From Bacteroidia bacterium (GTDB taxonomy: Bacteria > Bacteroidota > Bacteroidia > JAIBAJ01), in NCBI GenBank assembly GCA_019695265.1, contig JAIBAJ010000005.1, positions 5,052 through 69,051 of the forward strand: DNA of 64,000 bases. Direction: 5' to 3'. Positions 50,109 to 60,208 of this stretch are shown in pieces. Position 1 is the stretch's first letter. Every line of letters begins with the position of its first letter. The notes under the pieces were generated by a model that did no database searches, was not told the origin of the DNA, and saw only the letters and a list, made by a program, of their open reading frames with translations. The position numbers were made by a program, and so were the translations under genes.

Positions 50109-51878
50109 TCACTCCAATAATTCCCAACTTTCAAGCTCGTTCTTGATATGCTTTAATACCATATCGCTCACTGTATTACCAAGTACTCCAAATCCCAGGT
50201 TAATAGCTACTTTTACAAACAATCCCGGATCAAAAGCCGCGTAAGTTGCCGTTTTCAGTCGCTTTTTAATTTGTGGTTTTATCCGGTAAATATCCTTGCA
50301 AAAGTCAATTTTCTTCCATTCCGGTTGTTTTACCTCCATTTTATTTTGTTCTTCTGCCCTGCTGTATTTGGTATCAGGAATTATTGGAACATACCACTTT
50401 CCTTCATTAAACACTTTATAGCGTTCAACCGCTTCCTTTTTTCCGCTATATCCCGATAAAACTAGTTGATAATAATCATTCTCAAACAGATTCGGATTCG
50501 TATGATACTCATCTTTCCATTCTACCACAAAGTACTTTTGCAAAAAGCGCTGGCAATTTCTTCTTCCCAAAAAGAAATCATGCTGCCTGAAATCTCTGCT
50601 CAGTAAACCGCCAAAACCACCCAAACTTCCACAGGCAATGGCTTTGTTACCAACGATTGTTTGGGCATTCTTATCTTTTCGGGTTGGAGAAATCAGGTAA
50701 AGTGGTCGATTGTTCTGACTTTCTCTATAAAATTCATTTCCCTTGGTGGAGGAATAAAGCAGTTGCTCTTGCATAGCATTAACCAAAGCCGGAATTATTC
50801 CCATTAAACCGGGGTCAAAATTGGGCTTGCTCTCATTTTCTTCTTCTGTTGGAAAAGGATCTACCATGAGTATGGCCGCATTCCGAAGTGGTTCAGACAG
50901 GTAATCCTCCGATTTGTTTCCCAAACGGCGTTTATTAAGCAAGCGGATAGCCATTTTATAGGGTTCGTTATTTATAGCTCCACCATCTACCATCAAGGCA
51001 TTGTGAGTTTGATCCTTCCCTACTTCCAGGGGAATTGAAGGGTCGAGATTGATCCATGGATTGTCCTTGATATACTGCACTTTGCGCTTGACCTCCCGGT
51101 AGCTCAAACCCACAGGAAAAGCACCGGTTGCCATAGCACATTGCCGTAAAGTGTTTAAATCCTGCGGATCAGGTGCCCCAAAATCAATCGGTATTCTACC
51201 ATCGTTGGCATAGCTATTCTTACCTATTACAAAATTACCATAATCAGCATGCTTAACCACTTTATACACCCCTGACATTTGGGTAGAACTAGTTGAAGTA
51301 GGATTAAACTTCTCCACAAACTTAAATCCCTGAATATTGGTTAAGGTTAACAACAATTCCAAATCTTTTGGAACAAAACCGGCCGGTGTATGATTGCTTG
51401 CCGAATTTGGGATATGCTTATTGGCAATATTCTCAATAAAACTGGAATTAAACAATGACTTCAACTTGCTGTAATATGGAATTTTCTCATATCGCTGTAA
51501 GTCTTTTAATGACAATAACTGATCCAACATCACCGGAGAACCAACCGATTCAGTAAGGTTTACCCAACAGTCGTACAAAATATTGGAAGAGTTCTCTTCT
51601 AGTTTTAATTCTCTTTCTACCGGTTTTGTTTCCTGATATAATGCCTTTGCTATCATTACCGCCGTCATTCCGCCGGCAGAAGCGCCTGTTATTACCGGGA
51701 TTTCTACTTCATGTGAAGGCATATCAGCTTGTTTGCCCTTCACTTCTTCCCAGCGTTGCAGCGTTTCTAATAAATAGTCAATTACTCCTGCGGTATAAGC
51801 TCCGGCACTGATGGCACCGGCCATGGTTAATCCAATCTGGAATTTTTTCCCAGGCTGTTGAGGGTTTGTTTCGGACAT
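50109..51878 (-). CDS. Cytoplasmic patatin-like phospholipase with an ~250-aa C-terminal extension
   Basis: 589 aa with no signal peptide. Gly-rich oxyanion region GLTMAGAISAGAYTAGV. GxSxG in ITGASAGGMTAV. Catalytic Asp motif MVDGGAINNEP. Confidence 0.8.
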   Translation of the reverse strand: MSETNPQQPGKKFQIGLTMAGAISAGAYTAGVIDYLLETLQRWEEVKGKQADMPSHEVEIPVITGASAGGMTAVMIAKALYQETKPVERELKLEENSSNILYDCWVNLTESVGSPVMLDQLLSLKDLQRYEKIPYYSKLKSLFNSSFIENIANKHIPNSASNHTPAGFVPKDLELLLTLTNIQGFKFVEKFNPTSTSSTQMSGVYKVVKHADYGNFVIGKNSYANDGRIPIDFGAPDPQDLNTLRQCAMATGAFPVGLSYREVKRKVQYIKDNPWINLDPSIPLEVGKDQTHNALMVDGGAINNEPYKMAIRLLNKRRLGNKSEDYLSEPLRNAAILMVDPFPTEEENESKPNFDPGLMGIIPALVNAMQEQLLYSSTKGNEFYRESQNNRPLYLISPTRKDKNAQTIVGNKAIACGSLGGFGGLLSRDFRQHDFFLGRRNCQRFLQKYFVVEWKDEYHTNPNLFENDYYQLVLSGYSGKKEAVERYKVFNEGKWYVPIIPDTKYSRAEEQNKMEVKQPEWKKIDFCKDIYRIKPQIKKRLKTATYAAFDPGLFVKVAINLGFGVLGNTVSDMVLKHIKNELESWELLE

Positions 51879-52115
51879 AGCTAATGGTTATTAATAGGGT
51901 TTAATAGAAAGAAAGCAGAGTTTTGTCTGCAAATCGGGCATTAAGTTAGCCATTTCGTTACATTTTACAAGTACTTTTTTTTGCTTCCTTTTATACAGAT
52001 TTAGTATCGGTATTTATCTCATGGTATTTGATTATTTCCAAATTAAGCTATTGGAGGCTTTTTAATCCGAACTACTTGATTTAGTTGGGTTTACCCCTCC
52101 CGAATAAATTTCGGG

Positions 52116-52164
52116 AAAGAAGTTGTTATCAATTTGGACAAACAAATTGATAACAACTTCTTTA
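52116..52164. promoter_or_regulatory. Perfect 20-bp inverted repeat (candidate operator) in the patatin gene's upstream region
   Basis: AAAGAAGTTGTTATCAATTT ggacaaac AAATTGATAACAACTTCTTT, about 240 nt upstream of the patatin start. Preceded by a small hairpin CCCGAAtaaaTTCGGG. Confidence 0.5.
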
Positions 52165-52221
52165 CTCGTTTATGCATTTCTAATGCGTAATCCGGAATAA
52201 AATGGTTTTATTTTGGTTAAT

Positions 52222-52264
52222 TCCCAAAAAAAAACCCGGTGAAGGACTTCACCGGGTTTTTTTG
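52222..52264 (-). terminator. Bidirectional intrinsic terminator after the M43 protease gene
   Basis: AAAAAAAA CCCGGTGAAG gac TTCACCGGG TTTTTTTG, a perfect 10-bp stem flanked by A and T runs. Confidence 0.8.
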
Positions 52265-52280
52265 ATAAGGAAATGCAAGA

Positions 52281-54209
52281 TTATTCTACGATCAATTTTT
52301 TGATAGTTTTGGTTTCACCATGATTTACTTCAACAAAGTAAATTCCTTTGGCTTGACCTTGCAAATCCAGGTTGAAATTGTTTTCCCCTTTAGTTGAGTT
52401 AAAACGGCCGGTATAGATGGTTTTTCCGGTAATATCGTTTACCCGGATATTCACATCGTTTTCGTTATCGCTTAGAATAGTTACAATAAAGTTACCATTG
52501 TTAGGGTTAGGATATAAACTTACTTCGTCCATAGCAACCACATCCATGGATTCTTCATCAGCATTTTCGATGGTACGGAAAGAAGAACTGCTCACATTAA
52601 CACGCAAACGGTAGCATGAATTGGCGTTGTAGGCGCTGCTGTAGCCATACACTTGAACATAATAAGTTCCGGTGCTGGTGGTATTTCGAATAATGGTTTC
52701 AGCAGTGGTGCTGGTGTTTTGAGAAACGCCTAATTGTGTTCCACTGTTGTTGAATAGTTTCAAATCGTAATCGGCAGGAAGTTGGTCTAACACCACTTTG
52801 ATGTTTTTGGCAGCGGTGGTGGTGGTGAATTTAAACCAGTCTTTATCTGTACTGGTACCAATTTTAGCAAAAATATCGGTATTGGTTGAAATGGTTTTTC
52901 CGGCAGTTCTGGTTTCGTTGGCTTCGTAATTATCGGTGCAGGTTGTAGTTGTACTTGCTGTGGTGAAGCCGGTTGCAGCGCTATAGGAGCCTGATTGGCT
53001 GGAGCAAACTGCTTGCACTTGGAATTGGTAAGATGTTGCAGCGCTTAATCCGGAAAGGGCGTAAGTTGTAGCGGTGGTTGAAACGGTAGTCCAGGTAGTT
53101 GCTGCAGTAGTTTTGTATTGTACATTATAACTAACTGCACCTGAAACTCCGGTCCAGGAAAGGCTGGCTGAAGTGGTTGTTAGGCTACCAGCGGCTAGGG
53201 AAGAAGGAGTTCCGCAACCGGTAGTTGTTGGAGCGGAGCAGCCGTTTGAGCTAACCAAACCAATACGAGCACCACCGGTAGCAAACAAAGCTGCCATGCG
53301 GGTTGATTGCCCGGAGGTAAACATATTCATGCAAGCATCATCGGTATAATCCATGTAGTTCATAAACATATCGCCATTTGCTCCATTGCTGCAGGTAACA
53401 TGCGGGAAAGTTGGGCAACCGTAATTGGAAGTTTGCTGAGTTGGAGTATCGCTCACCTGGTCGTTACCGCAATTGGCATCACCCCAAATGTGACGAAGGT
53501 TTAACCAGTGACCAACTTCGTGAGTAGCTGTACGGCCATAATTATAGGGTGTTGCGCTACCCGGTGTAGTTAAACTACCAACGGAAGAATACAGCAATAC
53601 TACCCCGTCGGTAGCTGCTGCACCGCCCGGAAATTGAGCATAACCTAACAAACCACCACCCAGGTTACAAACCCAGATATTAAAGTATTTGGTAGCATCC
53701 CAGGCATTGTCACCTCCTTGAGCTGTATATTTTACAGCATCATTGCTGGAGAAGGAAGTAACGGTAGTGGATTTACGAACGATACCGGTTGTTGCATTGC
53801 CACTTGGGTCGCGCTGAGCCATGCAAAACTGTATATTGGTGTTTACAGCCAAACTTTGAAAAGCGCTTGGAGTGCTTCCTGCATCGGAATTTAAACGAGC
53901 ATAGTCTTTGTTTAATTGATCTAACTGAGCCAAAATTAAGGCGTCGGAAATGTTTTGAGCAGAGGTATTATATACCACGTGAAAAACTACCGGAATGGTA
54001 ACAATGGCTTTAGCGGTTCCTTGGTTAGAGGCAATAAACTGATTGGTAAAATGTTCAATTTCCTGCATTTTTTCTGACAATGCCGGATCGTTTTGCATTT
54101 GGTACTCCAAATATTCCATGGTACCACAATTACGGACTTGTTGAGCCCATACTGCCGTAGTGCTAAGCACACTTAAAATAGAGGCTACGAGTAATTTTTT
54201 TACTTTCAT
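52281..54209 (-). CDS. Secreted zinc metalloprotease (M43 pappalysin/ulilysin-like) with an FN3-like domain and a type IX secretion C-terminal sorting domain
   Basis: Signal MKVKKLLVASILSVLSTTAVWAQ. Zinc motif HEVGHWLNLRH (HExxHxxxxxH). Thr/Ser-rich FN3-like segment. C-terminal ~80 aa typical T9SS CTD (..KGIYFVEVNHGETKTIKKLIVE). Confidence 0.75.
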   Translation of the reverse strand: MKVKKLLVASILSVLSTTAVWAQQVRNCGTMEYLEYQMQNDPALSEKMQEIEHFTNQFIASNQGTAKAIVTIPVVFHVVYNTSAQNISDALILAQLDQLNKDYARLNSDAGSTPSAFQSLAVNTNIQFCMAQRDPSGNATTGIVRKSTTVTSFSSNDAVKYTAQGGDNAWDATKYFNIWVCNLGGGLLGYAQFPGGAAATDGVVLLYSSVGSLTTPGSATPYNYGRTATHEVGHWLNLRHIWGDANCGNDQVSDTPTQQTSNYGCPTFPHVTCSNGANGDMFMNYMDYTDDACMNMFTSGQSTRMAALFATGGARIGLVSSNGCSAPTTTGCGTPSSLAAGSLTTTSASLSWTGVSGAVSYNVQYKTTAATTWTTVSTTATTYALSGLSAATSYQFQVQAVCSSQSGSYSAATGFTTASTTTTCTDNYEANETRTAGKTISTNTDIFAKIGTSTDKDWFKFTTTTAAKNIKVVLDQLPADYDLKLFNNSGTQLGVSQNTSTTAETIIRNTTSTGTYYVQVYGYSSAYNANSCYRLRVNVSSSSFRTIENADEESMDVVAMDEVSLYPNPNNGNFIVTILSDNENDVNIRVNDITGKTIYTGRFNSTKGENNFNLDLQGQAKGIYFVEVNHGETKTIKKLIVE

Positions 54210-54569
54210 TGAATCGGGGATTTAATTAAATTTTTGTCTTTAAAAACCATACTGAATAATACTATCATTCAAGTATTAGCTAATCAAATATAAGTACATT
54301 CCATTAGTCTAGCAAGCAAAGTTAAAAAACTTGTTAAAATGGCATTTAAACTATTGTTTAGCAATTGTTTATAAATTTAATTCAGAAGAGATTTCTGTTT
54401 ACACAAAATCACGGAATTAAGAGTTTGGAACTTCCTGTCAGGCGGTAAATAGGGAAAAGATATGGGCGTTTTGTTCGAACTGAGTTTGACAATAAATCGG
54501 GAAAAACCTTTTAGAAAATTTATTAAACAATGGGAGAGAACAAGAAGAAATAAAACTTGTATGAGCGGG

Positions 54570-54760
54570 ATGGTTGTAAAGAGTGCGAAAGTTGGGGCTA
54601 AGGTCGGGCAACGATTGGAGCAAGTAGCTCTGCTGAAGCCGCAGCGGTAGCGGAGGTGGAGGCAGACTACTGCGGAAAGCGTGACCTTTTTGCCCCTGAC
54701 AATTCCCAATGGAATTTGGTTGCCGGTAATGGGGGCAAAAAGGGGCCCGCCAAATACTAA
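54570..54760 (+). repeat. Repeat R1 copy (plus orientation)
   Basis: ..GTCGGGCAACGATTGGAGCAAGTAGC..GCGGTAGCGG..GACTACTGCGGAAAGCGTGACC..GGGGGCAAAAAGGGGCCCGCCAAATACTAAAAAT. Confidence 0.65.
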
Positions 54761-54853
54761 AAATGATTAGAAAAAGGCTAAAAACAAAACAAGTCGGGGC
54801 AAGTCTCCGTTGAATTATACTTTTATTATTCAGATAATTAGCACTTTTGCAGC

Positions 54854-56719
54854 ATGCGGTTTGACCCTAACCCAAATTCCAATTCAAGCCTTTCGGTAGA
54901 AAAGCGAATGAGCATTGATTTGGAATTGTATCTGGAAAAGGCGAAAAGGGCAGAGCTGGATAGGCATTACTATTTAGCCGGAGAGTTTTATATGCAGGCC
55001 GGTTACATTCGAAAAGAGTTGGGATATGCGAATTTGGCCATTCTGGATTTTGAACAAGCCTCCTTAAATTATAAAAAGGAGGAAGATTGGAGAAACTATT
55101 TGAAAGCCAATGATGAGCAAATTTTCCTTTATAAAGAACAGGAGTTAACAGACAGTGCCATCCGGACTCAAATTGCCAGTTTGAGTGTGGTGAAAAGACT
55201 GAAGGATCTGGAACAAGAGTTTAAAATTCAATTTGAAATTGGTCAGAATTTTCAGGTTTTGATGGATTTTGAATCGGCCTTAAAGCAGTATCAAACCAGT
55301 TTAACCCTGGCCGAACAACTACACGACAAAAGTAAGATCAACTTATCGGTATTTAATCTGGGTAATATCTATAATTGGCTTAATAAATATGAGCTTGCCG
55401 AAGAATTACTGTTAAAAGGGATAAATACCTTAGATTTGGGTGATGACCTAAAAACCAAGCTATATTTTTATGGAAGTTATGGCATTTTACTTTCTAAGTT
55501 AAGAAAACTGGAAGATGCCGAATACTGGTTTTTAAAGGTGTTGAAGGAGGTGGAAGGGAAGGAGGATTTTGATAATCTGAAATTCAATATTCTAAAAAGC
55601 AAGGGAATATTGTATTTCAATTGGAAAAGGTATGAAGATGCAATTTCTGCTTTGAAGGAAGCTGAGGAATTTGGCAAGAACATTCGAGCCTATAGTATTC
55701 ACTCGTTGGTATATGAGTTTTTGTCCAAATCTTATGAGGAATTAGGTGATTATAAAAGCAGTGTTATCTACTTTAAGAAGCATTTTGAACTTCATCAGCG
55801 CACTACCCAACAAAGCATCAATGTGAGGGAAAAAAACATTATGCTTCGGTATGAAATGGAAGATGCCAAAAAGGATACTGAGTTGTTTAGGTTAAAGAAC
55901 ATTGACTTAGCTCTGGCATACAAGGAAATTGAAACCCAAAAAGAAGAGATTGAGCAAAAAAATAAGAACATCACGGAAAGTATTGAATATGCCCGAAACA
56001 TACAAGAAGGGATTTTGCCTGATTTAAGACAATTTCAGATATTTAAGGAAAGCTTTGTGTTATATCGCCCCAAAGACATTATTGGAGGTGATTTTTACTG
56101 GCTTGCCAACAAAGGTTCATTGTCTATTTTAGCCGTTGCCGATTGCACCGGTCATGGTGTTCCCGGAGCCTTGATGTCTATGATTGGTCATAACTTGCTC
56201 AATCAGGCAGTGAATGAAAAGGAACTTGTTGATCCGGGTGAGATATTGTATTTTCTCCACGAAGGCATACATCGGATTTTTAATCAAAACCGCGCTAACC
56301 GGAGAACGTATGACGGCATGGATATTTCCTTGATTACGATAGACCGAGCAACCAAAAACCTTTTTTATGCAGGCGCTATGCGTCCTATGTATTATGTTCG
56401 GCAGGGAGAGTTGAACAGGCTTGATCCAAATAAAAACCCAATTGGTGGAATAGAAGGTGAAGAAGCCGTTTTCTCTACCCAGGTTTTAGCGTATTTGGCT
56501 GATGATACTTTTTACCTGTTTTCGGACGGATATGCAGACCAGTTTGGAGGGCCCAATGGAAGGAAATTTATGATGAAACGGTTTAAAGAAACCTTGTTGG
56601 AAGTGGCTCAATATCCCTTAACCAGGCAAATGGAATTGTTGGAGCATGAGTTAAACGATTGGAAGGGATTTTTGGAACAGGTGGACGATATACTAATAAT
56701 CGGAATCAAAATAGACTAA
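54854..56719 (+). CDS. TPR-repeat and PP2C (SpoIIE-type) serine phosphatase
   Basis: 621 aa. N-terminal TPR-like repeats, a coiled-coil linker, and PP2C motifs GGDFYWL..AVADCTGHGVPGALMSMIG, DGMDISLI, LFSDGYADQFGG and DDILIIGIK. Confidence 0.85.
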   Translation: MRFDPNPNSNSSLSVEKRMSIDLELYLEKAKRAELDRHYYLAGEFYMQAGYIRKELGYANLAILDFEQASLNYKKEEDWRNYLKANDEQIFLYKEQELTDSAIRTQIASLSVVKRLKDLEQEFKIQFEIGQNFQVLMDFESALKQYQTSLTLAEQLHDKSKINLSVFNLGNIYNWLNKYELAEELLLKGINTLDLGDDLKTKLYFYGSYGILLSKLRKLEDAEYWFLKVLKEVEGKEDFDNLKFNILKSKGILYFNWKRYEDAISALKEAEEFGKNIRAYSIHSLVYEFLSKSYEELGDYKSSVIYFKKHFELHQRTTQQSINVREKNIMLRYEMEDAKKDTELFRLKNIDLALAYKEIETQKEEIEQKNKNITESIEYARNIQEGILPDLRQFQIFKESFVLYRPKDIIGGDFYWLANKGSLSILAVADCTGHGVPGALMSMIGHNLLNQAVNEKELVDPGEILYFLHEGIHRIFNQNRANRRTYDGMDISLITIDRATKNLFYAGAMRPMYYVRQGELNRLDPNKNPIGGIEGEEAVFSTQVLAYLADDTFYLFSDGYADQFGGPNGRKFMMKRFKETLLEVAQYPLTRQMELLEHELNDWKGFLEQVDDILIIGIKID

Positions 56720-56826
56720 TACGAATTGGTAATCGCAAGTATACTATTTGGATTCCGATTATAAAATCCTGGCCTAAATAGAGTTTCGGGGAAAAATAGG
56801 CCGGGGGCAAACAGCCTTGGATATTC

Positions 56827-57780
56827 TTAATAGGAGAGCACCACACTATTGGAGTTTCCATTTACGTCCCAAGCAACTTTGTAGCCATAGGCACAAGTGT
56901 AGGGAGTTGGATTTCCGGATTGGTCAACACCTAAGGTTAGAGTAAATTCACCTTGAGGCAAATTGTGCACCAATTCTCCGGCATTAAATCTCCAAAGTCC
57001 GCAGTAAGTATTGGAAACAATAGGAGTGTTGTAATAAGTGGTAAAATTGTCGCCGTAGCGGTTAATGCCCCAATTGTCAACATTGGTAAAGCCATTCATG
57101 GCAGTATCACCCGAGGCAGTAAAATTGATTTTAGAACTGCTGGGCACATAAGACCATTCGGTGATTCTAGCGCTGTTCCAGGTAGCCGAAAGGTTATTAT
57201 CGAAGGTAACGGCCATGTTAAACATACGTTCTTGGTATTTTAGGTTGGAAATACCCAAAATAAAGCCGTACCAATTGTTTCCATTAATATTTTTAAGGGT
57301 TTTTTCTCCGTTAAAAGTGATGGATTTATTGTCGAACAGGCGGGTGATTTTGTAATTGATGAAAGTTTCTTTTAAAACGGCACCTGCTTGGCTCCAGTTT
57401 GTTCCATTTATCAATTCTACTTTGATTTGTCCGGAACGAGTGCTTGAAGGGCTAAAGCAAGGGGTTACTCCATCGAAATTAAAGTACAGAATTTTTTGAG
57501 CAATTTGGGAAGAGTCGATTGTACAACCGCAAAGTGGAGAAGAAAGGATGTTTTCAGCACCATCGGTTTTCCCGAAGGAAGGGATATCGCCCAGGGCATT
57601 GTTGATATCGTTATCGGTTTGGTCTAAACCTCCCTTCATGTTGTTAGCATCGGTGTTGTGCTGGCTAACATTGGAATTTAGGGTTGCGTTTTCATTTTTT
57701 TGAAGCAACTTTTTGCAGGAAGTGCTGAAGCCGAGCAAAACGGAACAAGCAGCGATAGTGAGGTGAAGTGGAAGTTTCAT
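56827..57780 (-). CDS. Lipoprotein of unknown function
   Basis: Lipobox MKLPLHLTIAACSVLLGFSTSC. 317 aa, N- and T-rich. No recognisable motif. Confidence 0.55.
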   Translation of the reverse strand: MKLPLHLTIAACSVLLGFSTSCKKLLQKNENATLNSNVSQHNTDANNMKGGLDQTDNDINNALGDIPSFGKTDGAENILSSPLCGCTIDSSQIAQKILYFNFDGVTPCFSPSSTRSGQIKVELINGTNWSQAGAVLKETFINYKITRLFDNKSITFNGEKTLKNINGNNWYGFILGISNLKYQERMFNMAVTFDNNLSATWNSARITEWSYVPSSSKINFTASGDTAMNGFTNVDNWGINRYGDNFTTYYNTPIVSNTYCGLWRFNAGELVHNLPQGEFTLTLGVDQSGNPTPYTCAYGYKVAWDVNGNSNSVVLSY

Positions 57781-57833
57781 TTTTTGAAAATTATGGTTAG
57801 AGAACTTCTAATGAAATCGTAGGGTAAAGATAA

Positions 57834-59189
57834 TTATTGTGTTACAGGGGCAGATACCAGCATTAAGGGATTTTTTTCGCCGTGTTTTGGATCGGAAATT
57901 TTATCAGGATGAAGCACATGGTATTCGAATTCGGCTCTAAAATGACGAATGGCACTACCAACAGGCCATGCTGCAGCATCACCAAGTGGACAAATGGTAT
58001 TGCCTTCAATTTTTTTAGCAACGTCAACCAATAGATCAATATCCGACATTTTGCCGTGGCCGTGTTCAATGCGGTGAAGTACTTTTTCCATCCATCCGGT
58101 ACCTTCGCGGCAAGGACTGCATTGTCCGCAACTTTCGTGGTGGTAGAAACGGGTGAAGTTCCAAAGGTTTCGAACTATGCAGGCCGTTTCGTCATAAACG
58201 ATAAACCCACCTGAACCCAGCATGGTACCTGTAGCGAAACCGCCATCGGAAAGACTTTCATAAGACATCAATCGAGGTTCTCCTTTGGCAGTTGTGGTAA
58301 TCAGATGAGCAGGCAAAATTGGAACGGATGATCCACCGGCTACCACAGCTTTTAATTGGCGGCCTTTCCAAATACCTCCACAGTACTCGTCGGAGTATAA
58401 AAACTCTTCTACCGGCAGTCCAAGCTCAATTTCATAAACACCGGGTTTATTGATATGTCCTGAAGCCGAAATTAGTTTTGTTCCGGTGCTGCGTCCGATA
58501 CCGATTTTAGCGTATTCGTCCCCTCCCATATTAACGATATGAGGAACCGCCGAAATGGTTTCAACATTATTTACAACGGTTGGACAGCCGTACAATCCTG
58601 CAATAGCAGGGAAAGGTGGCTTTAACCTTGGGTTACCGCGTTTGCCTTCCAAGGATTCAATTAGGGCAGTTTCTTCCCCACAAATGTAGGCCCCTCCACC
58701 GGGTTGCACATACAGGTCAAGGTCAAATCCGGTGCCGAGAATATTTTTACCTAAAAATCCTGCAGCATAAGCTTCTGCAATTGCTTTTTCTAGAATTTTT
58801 GCTACAAAAATCAGTTCACCCCGGATGTAAATATAGGCAGTGTTAGCTCCAAGAGCAAACGAGGAAACAATCATACCTTCTACCAATCCATGCGGATTTT
58901 TCTGCATGTACCAGCGGTCTTTGAATGTACCAGGTTCACTTTCGTCGGCATTGCAAACCAGGTAACGGGGGTTTCCAGATTTCTTATCAATAAAACTCCA
59001 TTTCATACCGGTGGGGAAACCTGCTCCTCCCCGGCCTCTTAATCCGGATTTTTTTACCTCTTCCACTACATCGTCAGGATTCATGCGCAAAGCTTTTTCC
59101 AAACTGGAATAGCCGCCATGTTGACGAAATACTTCGATGGTTTCAATACCTGGAACCTCAATATGTTGGGTAAGAATTTTTCTTGCCAT
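57834..59189 (-). CDS. nuoF: NADH-quinone oxidoreductase subunit F (51-kDa FMN/NADH-binding subunit) homolog
   Basis: GLRGRGGAGFPTGMKWSF FMN site, NADH-binding Gly-rich segment, 4Fe-4S motif ESCGQCSPCREG. Confidence 0.9.
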   Translation of the reverse strand: MARKILTQHIEVPGIETIEVFRQHGGYSSLEKALRMNPDDVVEEVKKSGLRGRGGAGFPTGMKWSFIDKKSGNPRYLVCNADESEPGTFKDRWYMQKNPHGLVEGMIVSSFALGANTAYIYIRGELIFVAKILEKAIAEAYAAGFLGKNILGTGFDLDLYVQPGGGAYICGEETALIESLEGKRGNPRLKPPFPAIAGLYGCPTVVNNVETISAVPHIVNMGGDEYAKIGIGRSTGTKLISASGHINKPGVYEIELGLPVEEFLYSDEYCGGIWKGRQLKAVVAGGSSVPILPAHLITTTAKGEPRLMSYESLSDGGFATGTMLGSGGFIVYDETACIVRNLWNFTRFYHHESCGQCSPCREGTGWMEKVLHRIEHGHGKMSDIDLLVDVAKKIEGNTICPLGDAAAWPVGSAIRHFRAEFEYHVLHPDKISDPKHGEKNPLMLVSAPVTQ

Positions 59190-59226
59190 AGCAATTAAAT
59201 TACCTTCGTTCTAAATTCGGGATGGG

Positions 59227-59754
59227 TTAAACAATGTTACGAACCGGTGGTGGATTTTTACGGAATTCTTCCAATAATCCATCTACCTTTTCGGTAGTTA
59301 ATTCTTCAAAATAGTGGTCACCACATTGGAACATAGGACCGGTACCACAAGCGGCCATGCATTCAACCGTTTTAAGGGTAAACATGCCATCGGAAGTTGT
59401 TTCGCCTTCCTTAATGCCTAGTTTGTTTTCAAGGTGCTTAACAATATCTTCGGCACCTCGTAACCAGCAAGGTCCGGTTCGGCAAACTTCAATAAGGCAT
59501 TTACCAACCGGCTTCAGGTTATACATGGTATAAAAGGATGCTACCTCGTATACTTCAATAGGTTGAATATTCAGAATAGATGCCACATAGTCCATGGTTT
59601 GAGGACTAAGCCAACCTCCAAACTCAGCCTGAGCCAAGTGTAAAATTGGAAGTAGGGCCGATTTTTGGCGTCCTTCAGGATAACGGGCAATAATTCGTTT
59701 ACAGATTTCCAGACTCTCTGGCGAAAACTGGATTGGATTTGTTTCGGTCGACAT
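59227..59754 (-). CDS. nuoE: NADH-quinone oxidoreductase subunit E (24-kDa 2Fe-2S subunit) homolog
   Basis: Thioredoxin-like 2Fe-2S Cys motifs CLIEVCRTGPC and CMAACGTGPM. Confidence 0.9.
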   Translation of the reverse strand: MSTETNPIQFSPESLEICKRIIARYPEGRQKSALLPILHLAQAEFGGWLSPQTMDYVASILNIQPIEVYEVASFYTMYNLKPVGKCLIEVCRTGPCWLRGAEDIVKHLENKLGIKEGETTSDGMFTLKTVECMAACGTGPMFQCGDHYFEELTTEKVDGLLEEFRKNPPPVRNIV

Positions 59755-60208
59755 GCAGATTAACGCTTTCGAAAAAAGTGTGCGAAGGTACGAAAGAAAG
59801 GCAGATAGAACTAATTAAACGCAAATTTATCAAGAGGGTAACTTGGAAGTCAGTAAAAGAAGTCGAACTTGTTTGTTTTCTGTTAATTTGATTTGAGTTA
59901 ATTTATTGAAAATCAATAATTTGTACTTTAGGTTATAGCAATTGTATTTGGAATACAAACCGGAAATCCTTACCTAAAATTCCTTACCGGATTCCCCGAT
60001 TTGTTTTGTAACTATTAGTTTAAACGGGTTGATTTCCAGTGAAATACCTGAAGTACTATGGTTTTACTTCGTGTTTTATTCTGTTGGGTCTTTTGATGGG
60101 TGCATACAGATTTGAAAATATTTGGAAAAACCAATGGACTATTTCTTGCCGACCTATGGTAATTTCTTTCCCTGAAATACTACCTTTGCGCCCCTAAAAT
60201 TTAAACAA

